The translations under genes and the position numbers were made by a program. A stretch of DNA of 63,982 nt, counting the filler, from Phoronis australis (lineage: Eukaryota > Animalia > Phoronida): assembly GCA_002633005.1 (NCBI GenBank). It is 6 parts of 6 records of this genome, joined end to end, with 100 filler letters (N's around TTAATTAATTAA, not from the genome) between each part and the next. Parts side by side here need not be neighbours in the genome. Positions count along the whole stretch, not along the records: positions 62,683 to 63,982 come from NMRA01001615.1; 5 more parts are not named here. One strand, 5' to 3'. The notes beneath the pieces were generated by a model. That model worked only from the letters and a program-made list of their open reading frames with translations. It was not told the DNA's origin and searched no databases. How positions within the stretch are numbered: the stretch's first letter is position 1; every line of letters starts with the position of its first letter. This document shows positions 63,091-63,982 of this stretch, piece after piece.

Positions 63091-63982
63091 TAGTCGGTGG
63101 GCCAGATTTTGTAGGGCCTCTAGAAAATGGTTTTTGTGAGTACTTTAGAGGGGCAATTTTATTTTGGTGTTTTTTAGTTCATTTATTAGAGTGTTTTCAA
63201 AATCTAAAAAGTTCCCACAAATAAAGTTGCACATTTTTGAGAAATTTGAGTTTGAAGTTACCTAATAATCACCAAAGAGCTGAGTAAACTTATATTTATA
63301 AAAAGAACAGTTTTGGTGACTTTTTTGTAAAACAAGTAATATATTCCCATCAGTGCCATTGTATTGAACAATATTACACTCATATTACATGTTTTACTAT
63401 TGTAAATTAATTGTAAACTGTGTGTAAATTTAAAAAACGTAAAGAGACACCTAGTGGCAAAAATACAAACTAAGTCTGAAAGTTTCTAGGAAGTTATTCT
63501 GGCATTGTCAGGCAACAAAAATAACACAAAACACTTGAGACTGGGCAAAATTTGTGCCTCAATGACTAAAACATTGACTAATGGTGTAAAATACAGCTTG
63601 TTTGCATAATACACCAGAAATATGTTAGAATACAAAAACAATATAGTTGAATGATCTCAGTGAATGTGCACAAAGACTGTATTAAAATAGATTATTCTGA
63701 CAGCGTTTATCAAGCAGTATGAGACAAATACATGACAATGATCAAAGCATGTACTTTCTACGACTTAATCAACAAATAAAATTAACTTTTTAATACAAGA
63801 AAGGAAATAACGGGGTTGGAGGTCTATTTTGGGTTGGCTTGTCAAAGAACTATCCAATGTTATGCAGTCAGTGTTGCTGATGTTACTACAGTTGTCACAG
63901 CTGCACATTTCTGTACAGTTTGACCCAGCATTGCAGCACAAACTCAGTTTCCCAGCACACATGTTCTTTTTGCACTTGCAGC
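63091..63982 (-). mobile_element. 3' end of another AcademX element (Cys8 finger, TAG terminus)
   Basis: CKCKKNMCAGKLSLCCNAGSNCTEMCSCDNCSN. Subterminal 63150-63215 resembles the reverse complement of 50965-51040; terminus TAGTCGGTGGG. Confidence 0.7.

Overview
AT-rich, intron- and repeat-rich animal genomic DNA, most like a marine invertebrate; it is not prokaryotic. Five identical artificial linkers (44 N + TTAATTAATTAA + 44 N) split the window into six pieces, so adjacency across them is unproven. I read the following host genes exon by exon, with GT-AG boundaries and consistent phases wherever several exons chain: four exons of a multi-domain C-type lectin (mannose-receptor-like, minus), 11 consecutive UBR4 exons (plus) and four NEK10 exons (minus). 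Three features are missed by the ORF track: a class A GPCR TM1 exon antisense to UBR4, a lone MCM3 exon 865 bp after a UBR4 exon, and an intact exon of an unnamed Cys/Trp-rich domain present twice in a ~4 kb direct duplication. The rest is mostly transposons: a Kolobok derivative whose long TIRs contain its THAP start codon, inserted in a Tx1/L1-type LINE; AcademX derivatives; decayed THAP and SAP-SWIM genes; hAT-like MITEs, one family carrying a tRNA-like cassette; foldbacks; and many minisatellites, several sitting at splice sites. I see no firm evidence of a new multi-gene system. The best leads are the duplicated diverging exon, the orphan MCM3 exon, the Kolobok TIR design and the tRNA-bearing MITE. 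All homology calls come from recalled motifs, not database searches.
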